Assembly (NCBI GenBank): GCA_965248835.1
Contig: CBDFLJ010000002.1
Coordinates: 864,001-928,000, forward strand
Source of the DNA: Alphaproteobacteria bacterium
GTDB taxonomy: Bacteria; Pseudomonadota; Alphaproteobacteria; MPNO01
DNA: 64,000 bases
Direction of reading: 5' to 3'
In this document: piece by piece, positions 63,210 to 64,000 of the stretch
Numbering within the stretch: the first letter of the stretch is position 1
How the letters are laid out: every line of letters begins with the position of its first letter
The notes under the pieces: model-generated
What the model was told of the DNA's origin: nothing
The model's input: the letters and a program-made list of their open reading frames with translations, nothing else
The model's database searches: none
Made by a program: the position numbers and the translations under genes

Positions 63210-64000
63210 GGGCGGCGACCACGACCAGGCCGCCGGCCGCCGGGATCAGCGCCAGCGGATCGTCGTTGCCGATCCAGATCGTCGCGCTGCCGACCGCGAC
63301 GGCACCGATCAGGCATGACAGCCCAAGCGCCGCCTCGACCGGCCCGCGGCCGCCCATCAGCCCGGACATCTGACCGATCAGCAGCCCGGCGGCGGCCGCG
63401 GTCAGGACGACGATTACCACCGCCGTCCCGGAGCCCTGGAGCAGCAGTGCTGGGTTGTAGACCCACAGGAACGGCATCAGGAAAGCCGCAGCCGCGAGCT
63501 GGAGTCCGATGAGGCCGGTCTTCCACATGTCCGCGCCGGCGAGGTCCGCGGCCACCATCGAGGCGATCGCGACCGGCGGGGTCAGCATGCTCAACAGTCC
63601 GAAATAGAAGATGAAGAAATGCGCCGACATCTCGGGGATCTCCATCTCCACCAGGGCCGGGGCGATGATCGAGACCAGGACGACGTAGACCGCCGCCGTC
63701 GGCATGCCCATCCCGAGCACGATGCAGACCAGCGCGGTGAGCACCAGCATGACCAGCATGCCGGCATTGGCGCCGACCGTGGTCAGCACCAGCGAGAGCT
63801 GGAAGCCGAGCCCGGTCGAGTTCATCAGACCGATGATCACCCCGGCCCCGCCGCCGATCATGATCAGGGGGATCAGGTTCTCACCGCCGCCGATGAAGAA
63901 ACCGCGCCATTCGGCCAGGTTGGGCGGACGCCGGTTCTTGACGATCATGAGCACGAACAGGACGCCGCAGGCATACATGCCCGACAGCCCGGCGCGACGC
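63181..64000 (-). CDS. TRAP transporter fused permease (4TM/12TM), 3' part
   Basis: GMGMPT.A.Y, AHFF.FYFG.LS..TPPVA.A...AA; runs off the window edge. Confidence 0.9.
   Translation of the reverse strand, partial: RRAGLSGMYACGVLFVLMIVKNRRPPNLAEWRGFFIGGGENLIPLIMIGGGAGVIIGLMNSTGLGFQLSLVLTTVGANAGMLVMLVLTALVCIVLGMGMPTAAVYVVLVSIIAPALVEMEIPEMSAHFFIFYFGLLSMLTPPVAIASMVAADLAGADMWKTGLIGLQLAAAAFLMPFLWVYNPALLLQGSGTAVVIVVLTAAAAGLLIGQMSGLMGGRGPVEAALGLSCLIGAVAVGSATIWIGNDDPLALIPAAGGLVVVAALRARRNRSR

Overview
GC-rich bacterial DNA that looks alphaproteobacterial (glnB-glnA pair, Rrf2-led suf operon, parE, DEAD helicase with the 'G-x-H-V-P-A-F' tail). It has three zones. (1) 1-2.9 kb is the 3' part of a large protein with about 15 near-identical 129/132-bp (43/44-aa) TPR-like repeats, broken by several indels. 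(2) 3-45.5 kb is a large accessory catabolic region. It holds FAD and luciferase-like monooxygenases, three Rieske oxygenases (one MsmA/MsmB-like), an atypical UbiD, hydantoinase/oxoprolinase A+B, a class III aminotransferase, a cupin dioxygenase, a maleate-isomerase-like protein, an enamidase variant, a BVMO and TTT/ABC/DMT transporters. It has no recognisable transcriptional regulator. It also carries many gene scraps, two recent IS insertions (IS5 and IS256 families) in one ABC operon, an IS1380 remnant and higBA. (3) 45.6-64 kb is mostly core genes: suf operon, RNA helicase, parE, glnBA and an ECF sigma/EF-hand cassette, then an LLM, an amidohydrolase and a partial TRAP gene. No rRNA, tRNA or CRISPR array was recognised. 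All product calls come from motif recognition by eye, not from database searches.
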